Shown: positions 24,257 to 36,300 of the stretch, piece by piece | Layout of the letters: the number at the start of each line of letters is the position of its first letter | How positions within the stretch are numbered: the first letter of the stretch is position 1 | Assembly (NCBI GenBank): GCA_964187785.1 | Contig: OZ076421.1 | Location: 21,080,001-21,144,000, forward strand | Source of the DNA: Amphiscolops sp. MND2022 | Lineage: Eukaryota | Direction of reading: 5' to 3' | DNA: 64,000 nt | Translations under genes and position numbers: made by a program | Notes under the pieces: generated by a model | Databases searched by the model: none | Told to the model about the DNA's origin: nothing | Seen by the model: the letters and a program-made list of their open reading frames with translations, nothing else

Positions 24257-24613
24257 AACAAGAATGGACCGGCTCAAGTCGGAGCCATATCTAAGGCTCA
24301 AAAAAGACTTCAAAATGTCAAAGTTTGGTGAATTGGGGACCCTTTTATGAAAAAAAATTGAAAAAAGTCTCACAGTGCCGAAAAACTCAAAGATAGGACC
24401 CTTTAGTCTCGCCCGGTTTTGTATGTTACGCGGAAAAAAAGGAAAAACCTTTTTGATTCTGTTCACTAGGCCAAATGGTTCAATTTGACATCATAAAATT
24501 TTGTAGAACTTGTAGAAATATTTTGGTCATTTCAGGTGTATCGAAAAAAAAGTAGAAAACACTGACGAAAAGCCATGGCTATAGTCGACTTAAGAAAAGC
24601 GCCCACTAAAAAA
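24257..24613 (-). mobile_element. HINE-like element copy (in mucin intron)
   Basis: Reverse-oriented AACAAG...AAGTCGGAGCCATATCTAAGGCTC at one end and AAAAGCGCCCACTAAAAA at the other, with the same internal blocks as 11831-12361. Confidence 0.6.
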
Positions 24614-25623
24614 TGACTTATCTATTTCAGCAAAAAAAAACGAAAACGAAGAAATAATTTTTTGAAAATCACAGAGCAAGAAACAGTCAGATAAAACAAT
24701 AATTTTTTAGAAAAGTGTTTTCTTCAGCAAGAAGTTTCACAGTGTCGAAAAGGAGCTCAAAGGTCGCCAAACGTTTTGCAAGGCGAAAACATTCATGAAC
24801 TAAAAGGAAGTTTTGACCCTTTGACCAAGTGAAAATATTTTTGTAGAAAAGTCACACAGTGCCAAAAAACAGTAGGTATTTCCTACTAAAATTGATAAAC
24901 AAACTCTCATCAATTCAACAGAATCAAAAACAATTGAACAGGCCACCCTTAAGACTCGGAAAAGGGTTGTCCTTTACAGAAAACGTGAAAAAACCAAACA
25001 ATGTGAAGAAAATTTTTCTCGAAAGTTTATCAAAAGTCTTTTTTTTTCAATTCTTATGTTGGTCGCTTTGTGCCGGAAAATTTGAGGTGGCTCTCTATGT
25101 CCGCAAAATGCTTTGTTTCTGCTAAACATCAAAGTGTTATTTCGGTTTGAACAGAAATCTCATAGTGCCGGAAAACCCAAAGGAGGGACGCTTTTGTCTC
25201 TTCCTCTGCTTCTGCAAGCACGAAAAATATTCAAATCAAAATCTAAGTACAATAAAATATCGAAAAAACAGCTGTTCTGTTTAGATGAAAAAAAGAGAAA
25301 AAGTTTTTTAAGCAAGCTCTTACAATACCGAAAAAAACCCAAAATTGAGAACCTTTGGCTTCAAAATGAGTAATTCGAAGTACTATAAAAAAGCAAAAGA
25401 TACCCTTTTGTAAACTTGAAGTTTTCTCCAAGAAACTTTATATCCGGTATACGTTATATCCGGGATACATTATATCTTGTATGCGTTAAATCCGGTATGG
25501 GTTGCGTTATCGTAAAAGAAGAACTATTTAGCACTTTTAACAGTTCAAATGTAGATGGCCAGAAGGGACTTTGCCAAAATTAAAGAACTTTTGTAAAACT
25601 ATTTTGGTTGATTCAAGTGTATA

Positions 25624-26210
25624 AACAAGACGGGAACGTCCCAAGTTGGCGCCATATCTTAGGCTCAAAAATATTCAAGGAACAACTATTGGAAAAATTT
25701 GGAAAAATTTTTTTTAAAAAAAAAATTTTGATTTTTTTTCGAAAAAAAGTATTTTTTAGGTCGCACAATGCCGAAAAACTCAAAAAGAGGCCATTCAGGC
25801 TCATTCAACGTTTTCTACAAACCGAAAACTTCAAAAAAATTCAAGGGGGTACCCTTTGATAAATTTCGAAAATTTTCGAAAAAAGTCGCATAGTGCCGAA
25901 AAAAACCCAAAGGGGGGACCCTTTGGTCTCACCTGTACTTTTGGAAGCATTAAAAAATTTATGGTTTAGTGCGAGAATCGAACCCACGCTCTCCGGCTGG
26001 GTCGAAGATGGAAGATGAACAAATATGAAAGATGGACAAAAATTGTAAGAAAAGTGGACCACTCAGAGTGAGATTGTCAACTGAAAAAAACAAAAAAAAA
26101 CTACTCACTGTAAGAGTCGGGCTTTTTTCCTTAAGGGAAAATACGCCGACTAAAAATTGACTTAACACCATGACTATAGTCGATTCATGTCTAAAGAAAA
26201 GCGCCGACTA
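25624..26210 (-). mobile_element. HINE-like element copy (in mucin intron)
   Basis: AACAAGACGGGAACGTCCCAAGTTGGCGCC ... GAAAAGCGCCGACTA, with an internal B-box-like segment. Confidence 0.65.
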
Positions 26211-26296
26211 CAAACAATGATACCATGGCTTCAATGATCATTATCAAACAAGACGACTAAAAACAATGATATCATGGCTTCGATGATCATGAATAA

Positions 26297-26430
26297 AAAA
26301 CGCCCGCTAAGCACCGGGATATTTTCCGCCTTCTCAAAAAGTCAGGAAAAGGCCAGCTTCCAACTAACTTTCTTCTGCCGGATAGGCGGATGCACTACCA
26401 ACTGAGCCATAGTAACTAAAATAGCGACTA
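26297..26430 (-). mobile_element. tRNA-derived SINE-like fragment
   Basis: The reverse complement has A-box-like TATGGCTCAGTTGGTAGTGC and shares the GCGGAAAATATCC..TGCTTAGCGGGCGT tail with 27280-27401. Confidence 0.45.
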
Positions 26431-27279
26431 ACTGAAGTGGATGGAACTAGTGGACATTTGTCAGAATTTAGAAAAGAAACGCAACACAGATGATGATATT
26501 CTTTCCCCACATACAAATAAAAGTGTGGGGCGGAAAGTAAACATGCCTTGCAAGTTCTCGGTCGGAAATTCACAATGCCATAAATTTAGTAGTGATATAC
26601 TGCGATTGTGTAGTTTTCAAGATTGAACTTTTGAATTATTTTTTATATTCCAAAAAACCTCACAACATGCCCAAAAAAGTCAAAAGTAAATAATTAGGTG
26701 CTCTGCATATATGGCAGAGTATTCAAATGTTTCGTGGGTATGAATAGCTAAAGAGCTCTGCGACAAAATTATCTGCTTAGCATTCTTTTTGTGAGAGAAT
26801 TTTGAACTTTTCTTATATCCCAAAATGCACAAAAAAGCAAAAAATTTCAAACAGTTTTCGCAATTTTGTGAATATTTTGAATAATTTTGTTGGTATGAAT
26901 GTCCAGAGTCTAACGACAAAATTGTCTACCCAATATACGATTAACATAAAAGTTTGATTTCGAAAGTTGTTTGCATTAAAATGATTTTTTGGATACTTTA
27001 CAGAGACAGCTGGCTTTTAAAAGAAAAGTGCCTAGAAACCCAAAAAGTGTCGAAATTTTTAAATTTTGTGAATTGTCTGTGCAAGATGTGTACGCTCGAG
27101 TCCTAAAAGCATCGCCCGGCCCTCAAATTATCATATCGGAAAAAAATGTTCCGGTACTAAGCAGGCGTCTTGTTATTTTCCGCGCACATATAATGGTGGG
27201 GGGAGGAAATTCATAATCTGTGTTGCGATTTTTCCAAATTCTGCAAATCTCCACTTTATCACTCCATTTAGTAAATTCT

Positions 27280-27401
27280 AGTCACCATGGCGAGGGTTGG
27301 TAGTGCGTCTCCCTGACAGACACGAGGTCGTGGGTTCGAACCCCTGCTAATGCGTTACATTTTTAGCGGAAAATATCCCTATGCTTAGCGGGCGTCTTGT
27401 T
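27280..27401 (+). mobile_element. tRNA-derived SINE-like element
   Basis: A-box-like TGGCGAGGGTTGG and B-box GGTTCGAACCC, no complete cloverleaf, tail GCTTAGCGGGCGTCTTGTT. Confidence 0.55.
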
Positions 27402-28198
27402 ACCATTAACTTATGTTTTCGGAATTGTAACCATTAACTTATGTTTTTGGAATTGTCAGAAAGCGCAGTAACAAAATTGGGAACTGCAAAAAATAGGCGA
27501 TAAGAAGATAGGTGACAGGTACTATAGCCGTAACTTCGCAACTGACCAAGAATAAATGAAAGTCAATGCATGCAACTTCTTCTATTCTACCATTTGGTTA
27601 TATTATCGAGCGTCTAAAGTCACGGCTTCCTATATGTTTTACATATTTCACAAAACGAAAACAGTTTTTCACATAAAAAACCATAATTTTTACGGTACTT
27701 TTAAACATAGTATGGCTTCTTCAGTCGAAGTCATCGTTCAATCTTGCCAAATATGATATGGCAGTTTTGTGAGAATCATGTTGAGTCACTACAGGATCGA
27801 AGCAGTAATTAAAATATTCCCTGATATAGTCACGATTGACTACATTTGTCGTTTATTAACGTTGCTCGGAATATTATTTAAATAACACGTTTTTTCATTT
27901 ACCCAACAGTTTGGACCAAAAAATTCATTTAGCAAGCGACAATGTCTCAAATCGCGGCCCCGCTATTGGTTCAAAAAGGCCTAGTTGTAATTGCAATTCC
28001 GTGATTACGTTCATATACAGGAAAACAAAACTAATTTGTATGCTCGAGTAAAAAATTATTTGGGTTCGGATATAGTCAATTGTTCGTTGCGAGTTGTCCA
28101 TACATGTTTCGGAACGGAAAGGAAGAAACAAAAAAGTAGCAGTACCACTGCGCCTCTTGATGAGCTCTAAAAATGGGCTCTTTAGTAGTAGTACTAAC

Positions 28199-28364
28199 TG
28201 TCCACGCTGACTGTGACCAAGTTCTCTTGCGTGGAGCAAGGACTCGGCAGACATTTGCCACAGCAGTTGTTGTCCATGGCGTCTGTCAGGTTGGAGGGTG
28301 GGTAATATGTCATTCCCACTGAACAGTCCTCCTGGCTCGATGGCCCGTCAACACACTTCATTTC
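28199..28364 (-). CDS. Mucin-like gene exon (VWC-like end / CTCK start)
   Basis: CTGTAG acceptor and GTTAGT donor, phase 0-1: EMKCVDGPSSQEDCSVG...NNCCGKCLPSPCSTQENLVTVSVD. Confidence 0.88.
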
Positions 28365-29020
28365 CTACAGGTCAAAAGTTCAAAAAGGGGTCAGCCGTAG
28401 ATGATAAAGTATTGTTCTAAATATTCTATGGCTTATCTTCTTGAGCTTTTTACGCATATTTTTATGATATTGGCTTTCCTTCTACTAAACTGATAGCTGT
28501 TGAAGCTCTCGAAGGTCAGTGATTTCTTTTGAAAACAATATTTGTTGTCGGAAAAAAAAGGAATTTTTAGGTCTTGCTTTTGAAGTAGACATAAAAATCA
28601 AAAATGATCTTCATTATATCATTGTATTTCACACGAAGTTTCTATCAAGAAGTTACTAGAGATTATTATTTTAATCGCCCATTCGGAGTTGCATATGGCT
28701 TATCTCATTTTTTTATTTTGAAACACATTTTGGAGAACGCATTTTGAAAACTACAATTTTAAGCATTACACCTGCAAGAATGTTGTACAATTTTTATAAA
28801 ATAGAATTTTTTCCAAATACATAGAAAAATGTTTCGATAGAATATTTCAAACTTCGAGAATGGGAGCAGCGTTCAAAATTTGCAGAACAAATAACAGATA
28901 CTTGTCTGGGGTCTATATCAACCCCCATTAGCTTTAATAGTAAGTGAGACTTTATTTGTTATTTTCCGTCGCCACAAATTTATTTGTGTATGGGTGAAGA
29001 AAATCATGATCTGTGTTGGG

Positions 29021-29332
29021 TTTTTAGTCGGCGCTTTTCGCAGAAAAACGCAGACTATAAAAGTGACTTTTCTTTTTTTTCTATTTTTTCAAGACCAACG
29101 TAGTGACAGATTTTATATGCTTTATAAGCTGGCTTCCACTAACTGCCACACTAATGTAACTTCTTCTGCTTCTAATTTTTTGCGGATTTTTTGAGGTCTG
29201 CCAAGCAGAATGGATGTTCAAAAAAATTCCAAAGGGTCCCCTTTTACATTTTTCGGCACTATGCGACTTACCAGAGACTTGCTATTTTTGAGCTTTGGAT
29301 ATGGCGTCGACTTGGGCCGTTCCCGGCTTGTT
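29021..29332 (+). mobile_element. HINE-like element copy (in mucin intron)
   Basis: TTTTTAGTCGGCGCTTTTCGCAGAAAAACGCAGACTATA ... GGCGTCGACTTGGGCCGTTCCCGGCTTGTT. Confidence 0.68.
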
Positions 29333-29815
29333 TTTTTTCAACTTTTGCCATATTTCCACTTTTTACTCCACTTTATATTTAATATTGCGTTTTACTAAGG
29401 AGGAGGCGGAGGTTTGAAAACAAGAGCTCTCATTTGTCCCAGCACGCTATATCCGAACTTTTGACGTTATATCCGAAGTAAATTGGGTATTACTAAAGAA
29501 GAAGCGGAGGTCCGAAAATATTGCGCTTTATCCTAATTTTGACGATACATCCGAAGTCAATAACGTTTTACCGATGAGGAGGTAAGTTTTCGATTAAACG
29601 TGTATTGTTAGCCAATTGAAGGCGGAAAATATCTCAATGCATATCAGGCGTCTTGATGATGGTTAATTTAGATTTTCCAAGATGCAGGGAAGTTTTACAA
29701 CATTTTCCATGCAGTGCCCTTGATTTTTCTAGGTTTTATCAAAAATTTGCCTGCATTTCATTCATGTGCATACAAAATTTCACGGCATTCTCAACTATTT
29801 TTCAACAATTAATAC

Positions 29816-30020
29816 CTTGTGGATATTATCATTGGCACAGATGTAGTTGTAGCACTCGTCCTCGTACACGATGTCGTTCTCCTTGTAGGTGAACACGTGA
29901 CCAGTGGAGTTGGTGTACAGACACGCCTTACAACTGGTGGTGTTGTGGAAACACTCCTCTTGTTCCTTCTCCCCTCCGTCGCAGGGGGCTCCTCCGTAGG
30001 TCGCATGACGCACGATACAC
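29816..30020 (-). CDS. Mucin-like gene exon (second TSP1 C-half plus VWC-like start)
   Basis: CTGCAG acceptor and GTATTA donor, phase 2-0: RCIVRHATYGGAPCDGGEKEQEEC...CLYTNSTG...ECYNYICAND. Confidence 0.88.
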
Positions 30021-30519
30021 CTGCAGGTACAAAAAACTACTTGCTGAAAACACCAGCCCTGAGAAGAACGCTTATATTCCCAAAGTCCGATTAGTTCTGC
30101 TTTTCTAAGCAAGTTCCCTTGACGAAACTGCCGGGATTTTTTACATGTTGCAGGAATGCGCGCAGGGTAATTTTTTATGTAACATCGAAAATTCAGACTG
30201 CGCGCAGGAAAAAACCTATTTTGCGCAGCTTAAAAAATCCTGGCAGCATTTCACTGCGCGTTGAGAAAAGTCGTTACAACTTACAAAATTTTTGAAAAAA
30301 GTCTCTGAAGCGCAAGCGTAAAAAAACGTTAAAAACTCAATGGCAACATTGTTCTTGGGTAGAAATACTGATTAATTGTGTTACCATTTTTGCAGCCAAG
30401 TGGTGGTCAAGCAGTGGTCGGATTGAAGCCGTGGTTGCAAACTGGCTTGAATTGCTAAAGGCCACAAAGGTCTGACTTCATCGTGTTATTTTTATTAGAA
30501 CGAGGGACCCTTGCTCGGG

Positions 30520-30600
30520 GCCCAACAATGGCGACTTGAGAGAGATTCGAACCTGATACCGCCAAGGCCGAACGCTCAAACAACTACACCAAGCTCCCCA
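30520..30600 (-). mobile_element. tRNA-derived SINE-like head
   Basis: The minus strand has TGGTGTAGTTG (A-box-like) and GGTTCGAATC (B-box) but no full cloverleaf. Confidence 0.4.
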
Positions 30601-31016
30601 CAGACTATGCCCCTCACGGAAAATGCTTCAATTTTGTTATACCCTACTTCAAATGACTTTCGAATTGTGGAGAACAGTACTTCTTTATTGGTGACTTGAT
30701 ATGGGATTGATATTAGAATTGAATGCCTTGAAAGATCTAACCTACTTAGAACATGTATGCGGCAGTAGCACAAAACGTCAAGCAGAGTTTCAGAGTTCTG
30801 ACAAACAAAAATTTGCCCTGTGATCATGGCAGTCATTCTGAACGAATTTTTGTCTCTATTTCTCTCGAAGTTCTATTCACTGCCAAGTTGGAACGTCCAT
30901 AAATTGATGGAGGAAGTCAAAATGACTGTCAAAAAGACAGTCAAAGTGACGATGATGTAGTCAGCATCCGGCAGTCAGTACAAAAATGACGAGACGTCCC
31001 AATGCGGAAAACGAAC

Positions 31017-31130
31017 CTTTCTCGTTCTCGAATGCAGTCGGAGTTGCAGTTCGTCCAATCAGACCACTCGGTCGCCACGCAATCTTCAGGACAACCTCCT
31101 CGGCAGTTGAGTTTTCCGTTAACACACGAA
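31017..31130 (-). CDS. Mucin-like gene exon (TILa/VWC-like end plus second TSP1 N-half)
   Basis: TTTTAG acceptor and GTTCGT donor, phase 2-2: CSCVNGKLNCRGGCPEDCVATEWSDWTNCNSDCIRERE (WSxW motif). Confidence 0.88.
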
Positions 31131-31533
31131 CTAAAAATCATCATCATAAAATTTAAAAAGTTACATAAACTGCTCATTAACATTGCAACGTTTGCTACTT
31201 TTTTCAACAAGTCCATGTGATTTTTACCACTTTTTTGGCTCTCCGTTCATTTATTCTAAAATTTTTCAAAAAATGAAATTTCAATTACATATTTCGAAAA
31301 AAATCTCTAATAAAATCCCGACTTTTTCTATCATGAAAACAGTTTATTGGCATGTGTTTTATGAATAAAATTGAAACATTTTTACATGAAAACTACTCAT
31401 TCGTTACACATTCATTCACTGTAGTTCTTTGAATAAGTTCTTTAAATAATTGTATAATCTTTGAACTGAAAATAAAATTTGGAAAAAATTTCAAAAATTG
31501 GGATTTCATTTTTAGGTATAATGAAAAACACAC

Positions 31534-31668
31534 CAGGTCCTTCCAGGGCAGCAAGTTTCCTGGTCCTTCCCGGACACGTAAGAATCGCACTCCGGATCAT
31601 AACACTGGCATTCTTCCGGATCCACACATTGGCGCGTGATCTCATCGAACACCATGGGAGACTCACAT
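31534..31668 (-). CDS. Mucin-like gene exon (TIL C-half)
   Basis: TTCCAG acceptor and GTGTGT donor, phase 2-2: RCESPMVFDEITRQCVDPEECQCYDPEC...TCCPGRT. Confidence 0.87.
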
Positions 31669-32171
31669 CTGGAACGAATTGAAACATTGAACTCCAAAAT
31701 TCGAAACTGAATTTGATTAGAAATGAAAAATTCGATTATAAACAACTCGGAAGAAAGCAACAAAAATCCGGTCTCGTCGGTTTTCTAAATCTATTTCAAT
31801 CCCGTCGAAGTGACCCAAAAAAAGTTGAAGACCAAACAATAAACTTTAAATTCAAGGTGGTGAAAATGTTTAACAGGTCGCTCTTGAATTGAAAGCTTTA
31901 TGACACCCAATGGTCTCTCGCAATTTTTGAGCAGTTTTTTGTGATTTTTTTGGAGACTTTTCCAATTTCACCAAAGAGTGCCCTTTTGTTTTTGAATAAC
32001 TTCAGTTAAAAAACAGGCTTTTATGCTCAGAGTGTCCTCCCTTTGAAAATTTTTGACGTCTTGAGATTTTTGAGTTTTTTTAAAGAAAGAGTTTTTAAAT
32101 GTTTTGAGGTGTTTTGCGCCTTTTCAGTTTTAATCGCGGCTTGTTGAATGAAAAACTCAATTCAGTTTTAC

Positions 32172-32322
32172 CTGCACGAGTGGCCGTAGATCTCGTCGTT
32201 GTCCAAGTCGTCTCCTTTGCCAGATAGTTTGTCGTCGGGGTTGCATCTGAAGTCGCGGCCCAATGAAGAACAAGTTTGCTTGCAGTACTTCGTCGTGTTT
32301 TGTCTCGTCATGTCGCCAATAC
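32172..32322 (-). CDS. Mucin-like gene exon (TIL N-half)
   Basis: TTGAAG acceptor and GTAAAA donor, phase 1-2: CIGDMTRQNTTKYCKQTCSSLGRDFRC...GHSC. Confidence 0.82.
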
Positions 32323-32866
32323 CTTCAACCAATCAAAGGGTAATGCCGAAGAAAGAATTATTTGTTTTCAATTTACCACATACATGGAACTTACTGAAAT
32401 TACTTTTAATCAAAACTCGTTTTTTGAAAAAAAAATTAAAAAAAACTTTTCTGTTGAAATGACCAGAAATAGCACAACGTGGCACAAAAATGGACATAAT
32501 TTCCGCTGATTACTGAAGAAGAACAAAACCAAAGGTCACAGTTGTTCTGGCTCCTACTTTGGAGTCAAGACCGAGTTTGAATATCCTCTTGTATGAAATT
32601 TTCGAACAAAATGGTTTCCTGAAATGCAGTTTTTCAAAGACTTCGATTCTTCCACGACAGTTTGTTTGCATGCATCCTTCAAAACTAGTCAGCATTAATT
32701 GAAAGAAATAAAGAAATGTCGTAATTAGGAAAATTATGACATCAAAATAGTGAAAAGTGTGAAATCTAAAAATCGACACGCCTTGAATTATTGCTTGCAT
32801 GTCTGAAGTTCACAAAAGTATCGCAACTGAGGTAAAAGCTTCTGGGTGACGTCATTGTTTACTAAC

Positions 32867-33052
32867 AAGGATCGGTTGTGGCGTTGGTGCACAGTTGTTC
32901 ATCTTGGTTGCACACCCTGCTCTGGGATCCGGCGCCTCTACACAGCTCTACTTTCTGTACAATAAGGAAACACTCTCGTTCGCGGGTCTGCGTACCGATG
33001 GCACCGCATCCTGCCACGTCACACGAAGACCATTCGCCCCAGGAACCCCATT
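32867..33052 (-). CDS. Mucin-like gene exon (first TSP1 repeat)
   Basis: TTCCTCAG acceptor and GTTAGT donor, phase 1-1: EWGSWGEWSSCDVAGCGAIGTQTRERECF...CRGAGSQSRVC. Confidence 0.92.
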
Positions 33053-33344
33053 CTGAGGAACACAAAGAAAATATACTTTATACGTATACATCCGAGATGA
33101 CGTCATATTTTCAAGTTATGGATGTTCAAGGTATCTGAGTCTATATCTCCATGTTTATGAACTTCGAAAACATCAAATTTCTTGACGAGCAAAATACGAA
33201 GTAAGCTGTTCGCATTTTCATTGAAATGATACCTGGACTTCAAAAAAAGTTAAATTTAACTTTCTAGGACTCTCAGGATATTATTTTTTAAAACGATTCA
33301 GGTCAAATGTGAGGCTGTAAGAAGTGGTTTTCATTGGTACGAAC

Positions 33345-36300
33345 CCTCGCGATTGTAGGTATCATTCCAAGATTGACAGTACTTCTTGGTTGTTGTACGG
33401 GTGGTGCGTGAGGTTGTTGTCGTACTGCGCGTGAAAGATGTAGTAGCTGAAGTGACTGGTGAAGTAGTTGAGGAAGTTGTGGAAGATGTCGTGCTGCTAG
33501 TTGTTGAGGAAGTGGTTGGTGAAGACGTACTGCTTGTAGTAGATGACGTGGTGCTGCTAGTCGTGGGTGAGCTGGTGCTGCTCGTTGTCGATGATGTTGT
33601 GCTGCTTGTTGTTGAGCTTGTCGTTGAAGAAGTTGTGCTGCTTGTTGTCGGCGATGAAGTGCTGCTAGTTGTCGAAGAAGTTGTGGGTGATGATGTACTG
33701 CTTGTTGTGGATGAAGTTGTGCTGCTCGTAGTCGGGTGGGATGTAGTGGAAGACGTCGGGTGACTAGTTGTTGAGCTAGTTGTGGAAGATGTTGTTGGTG
33801 AAGAAGTACTGCTGGTTGTTGATGATGTGGTACTGCTTGTTGTTGATGATGTGGTACTGCTTGTGGTGGGTGAGGATGTGCTACTTGTTGTCGAACTAGT
33901 AGTAGAGGAAGTTGTAGGTGAAGAGGTACTGCTGGTCGTAGATGAAGTTGTACTGCTCGTTGTGGGTGAGCTAGTGCTGCTTGTTGTTGATGAGGTGGTG
34001 CTGCTTGTCGTTGAAGAAGATGTGCTGCTAGTTGTTGACGAGGTTGTGGATGAAGTTGTGCTACTTGTTGTGGGAGATGAAGTGCTACTAGTAGTAGATG
34101 ACGTGGTGCTGCTAGTCGTGGGTGAGGATGTGGATGATGTTGTGCTACTCGTTGTCGGCGACGAAGTGCTGCTTGTGGTTGAACTTGTTGTTGAAGAAGT
34201 AGTTGAAGAAGTTGTGCTGCTTGTTGTCGGTGACGAAGTGCTGCTAGTTGTCGAAGAAGTTGTGGGTGATGATGTACTGCTGGTTGTAGACGAAGTTGTG
34301 CTGCTTGTCGTTGGAGATGAAGTGCTGCTTGTAGTAGATGACGTGGTGCTGCTAGTCGTGGGTGAGGATGTAGATGATGTCGTGCTACTCGTTGTTGGCG
34401 ACGACGTGCTGCTTGTGGTTGAGCTTGTCGTTGAAGAAGTAGTTGAAGAAGTTGTTGAAGAAGTTGTCGGTGATGATGTGCTGCTTGTTGTAGACGAAGT
34501 TGTGCTGCTTGTTGTGGGCGATGAAGTGCTGCTAGTGGTCGAAGAAGTTGTCGGTGACGATGTACTGCTTGTTGTGGATGAAGTTGTGCTGCTCGTAGTC
34601 GGGTGAGATGTGGTGGAAGACGTCGGGTGACTAGTTGTTGAGCTAGTTGTGGAGGACGTTGTTGGCGAAGACGTACTGCTTGTTGTCGATGATGTGGTAC
34701 TGCTTGTTGTTGATGATGTGGTACTACTTGATGTCGATGACGTGGTACTGCTTGTGGTGGGTGAGGAAGTGCTACTTGTTGTCGAACTAGTAGTAGAGGA
34801 CGTTGTAGGTGAAGAGGTACTGCTGGTCGTAGATGATGTTGTACTGCTCGTTGTGGGTGAGCTAGTGCTGCTTGTTGTTGATGACGTGGTGCTACTTGTC
34901 GTTGGGGAAGATGTGCTGCTTGTTGTTGAGCTAGTTGTTGACGAGCTTGTGGATGAAGATGTGCTACTTGTTGTGGGAGATGAAGTGCTACTTGTAGTAG
35001 ATGAAGTGGTGCTGCTTGTCGTTGGAGAGGATGTGGATGAAGTTGTACTACTTGTTGTGGGAGATGAAGTGCTGCTTGTAGTAGATGATGTAGTGCTGCT
35101 AGTCGTGGGTGACGATGTGGATGAAGTTGTGCTACTCGTTGTCGGTGAAGAGGTGCTGCTTGTTGTTGAGCTTGTCGTTGAAGAAGTAGTGCTGCTTGTT
35201 GTGGGCGATGAAGTGCTGCTAGTGGTTGAAGATGTTGTAGGTGATGATGTGCTGCTTGTTGTAGACGACGTTGTGCTGCTTGTTGTGGGAGATGAAGTGC
35301 TGCTTGTAGTAGATGACGTGGTGCTGCTAGTCGTAGGTGAGGATGTGGATGATGTTGTGCTGCTCGTTGTCGGCGATGAAGTGCTGCTGGTGGTCGAAGA
35401 AGTAGTCGGTGATGATGTACTGCTTGTTGTGGATGACGTTGTGCTGCTCGTAGTTGGGTGAGATGTGGTGGAAGACGTCGGGTGACTAGTTGTTGAGCTA
35501 GTTGTGGAGGACGTTGTTGGCGAAGACGTACTGCTTGTTGTCGATGATGTGGTACTGCTTGTTGTCGATGATGTGGTACTACTTGTTGTCGATGATGTGG
35601 TGCTGCTTGTTGTCGAGGATGTGGTAGTGCTTGTGGTGGGTGAGGATGTGCTACTTGTTGTCGAACTAGTAGTCGAGGAGGTTGTAGGTGAAGAGGTACT
35701 GCTTGTCGTAGATGATGTTGTACTGCTCGTTGTGGGTGAGCTAGTGCTGCTTGTTGTGGATGACGTGGTGCTGCTGGTCGTTGGAGAAGATGTGCTGCTA
35801 GTAGTGGAAGATGTTGTGGGCGAAGATGTACTGCTAGTTGTTGAGCTTGTTGTTGAAGATGTTGTGAATGAAGTTGTGCTACTCGTTGTGGGAGATGAAG
35901 TGCTGCTTGTAGTAGATGATGTAGTGCTGCTAGTCGTGGGTGACGATGTGGATGACGTTGTGCTACTCGTTGTTGGCGACGAGGTGCTGCTTGTTGTTGA
36001 GCTTGTCGTTGAAGAAGTAATTGAAGAAGTTGTGCTGCTTGTTGTGGGCGATGAAGTGCTGCTAGTGGTTGAAGAAGTTGTGGGTGATGATGTGCTGCTT
36101 GTTGTAGAAGAGGATGTGCTACTTGTTGTTGGTGATGAAGTGCTGCTTGTAGTTGATGACGTGGTGCTGCTAGTCGTGGGTGAGGATGTGGAAGATGTTG
36201 TGCTACTCGTTGTTGGAGACGAAGTGCTGCTGGTGGTCGAAGAAGTTGTCGGTGATGATGTACTGCTGGTTGTAGACGAAGTTGTGCTACTTGTTGTTGG

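Noticed and set aside
27280-27360. tRNA genes at B-box-containing segments (also about 12045, 25975, 30545, 47645, 51270)
   Set aside because: No complete cloverleaf or acceptor stem could be built. All lie in dispersed repeats.
26297-27401. 35-bp inverted repeats as TIRs of a 1.1-kb DNA transposon
   Set aside because: Each repeat is attached to its own tRNA-like head, so these are two copies of one family in opposite orientation.
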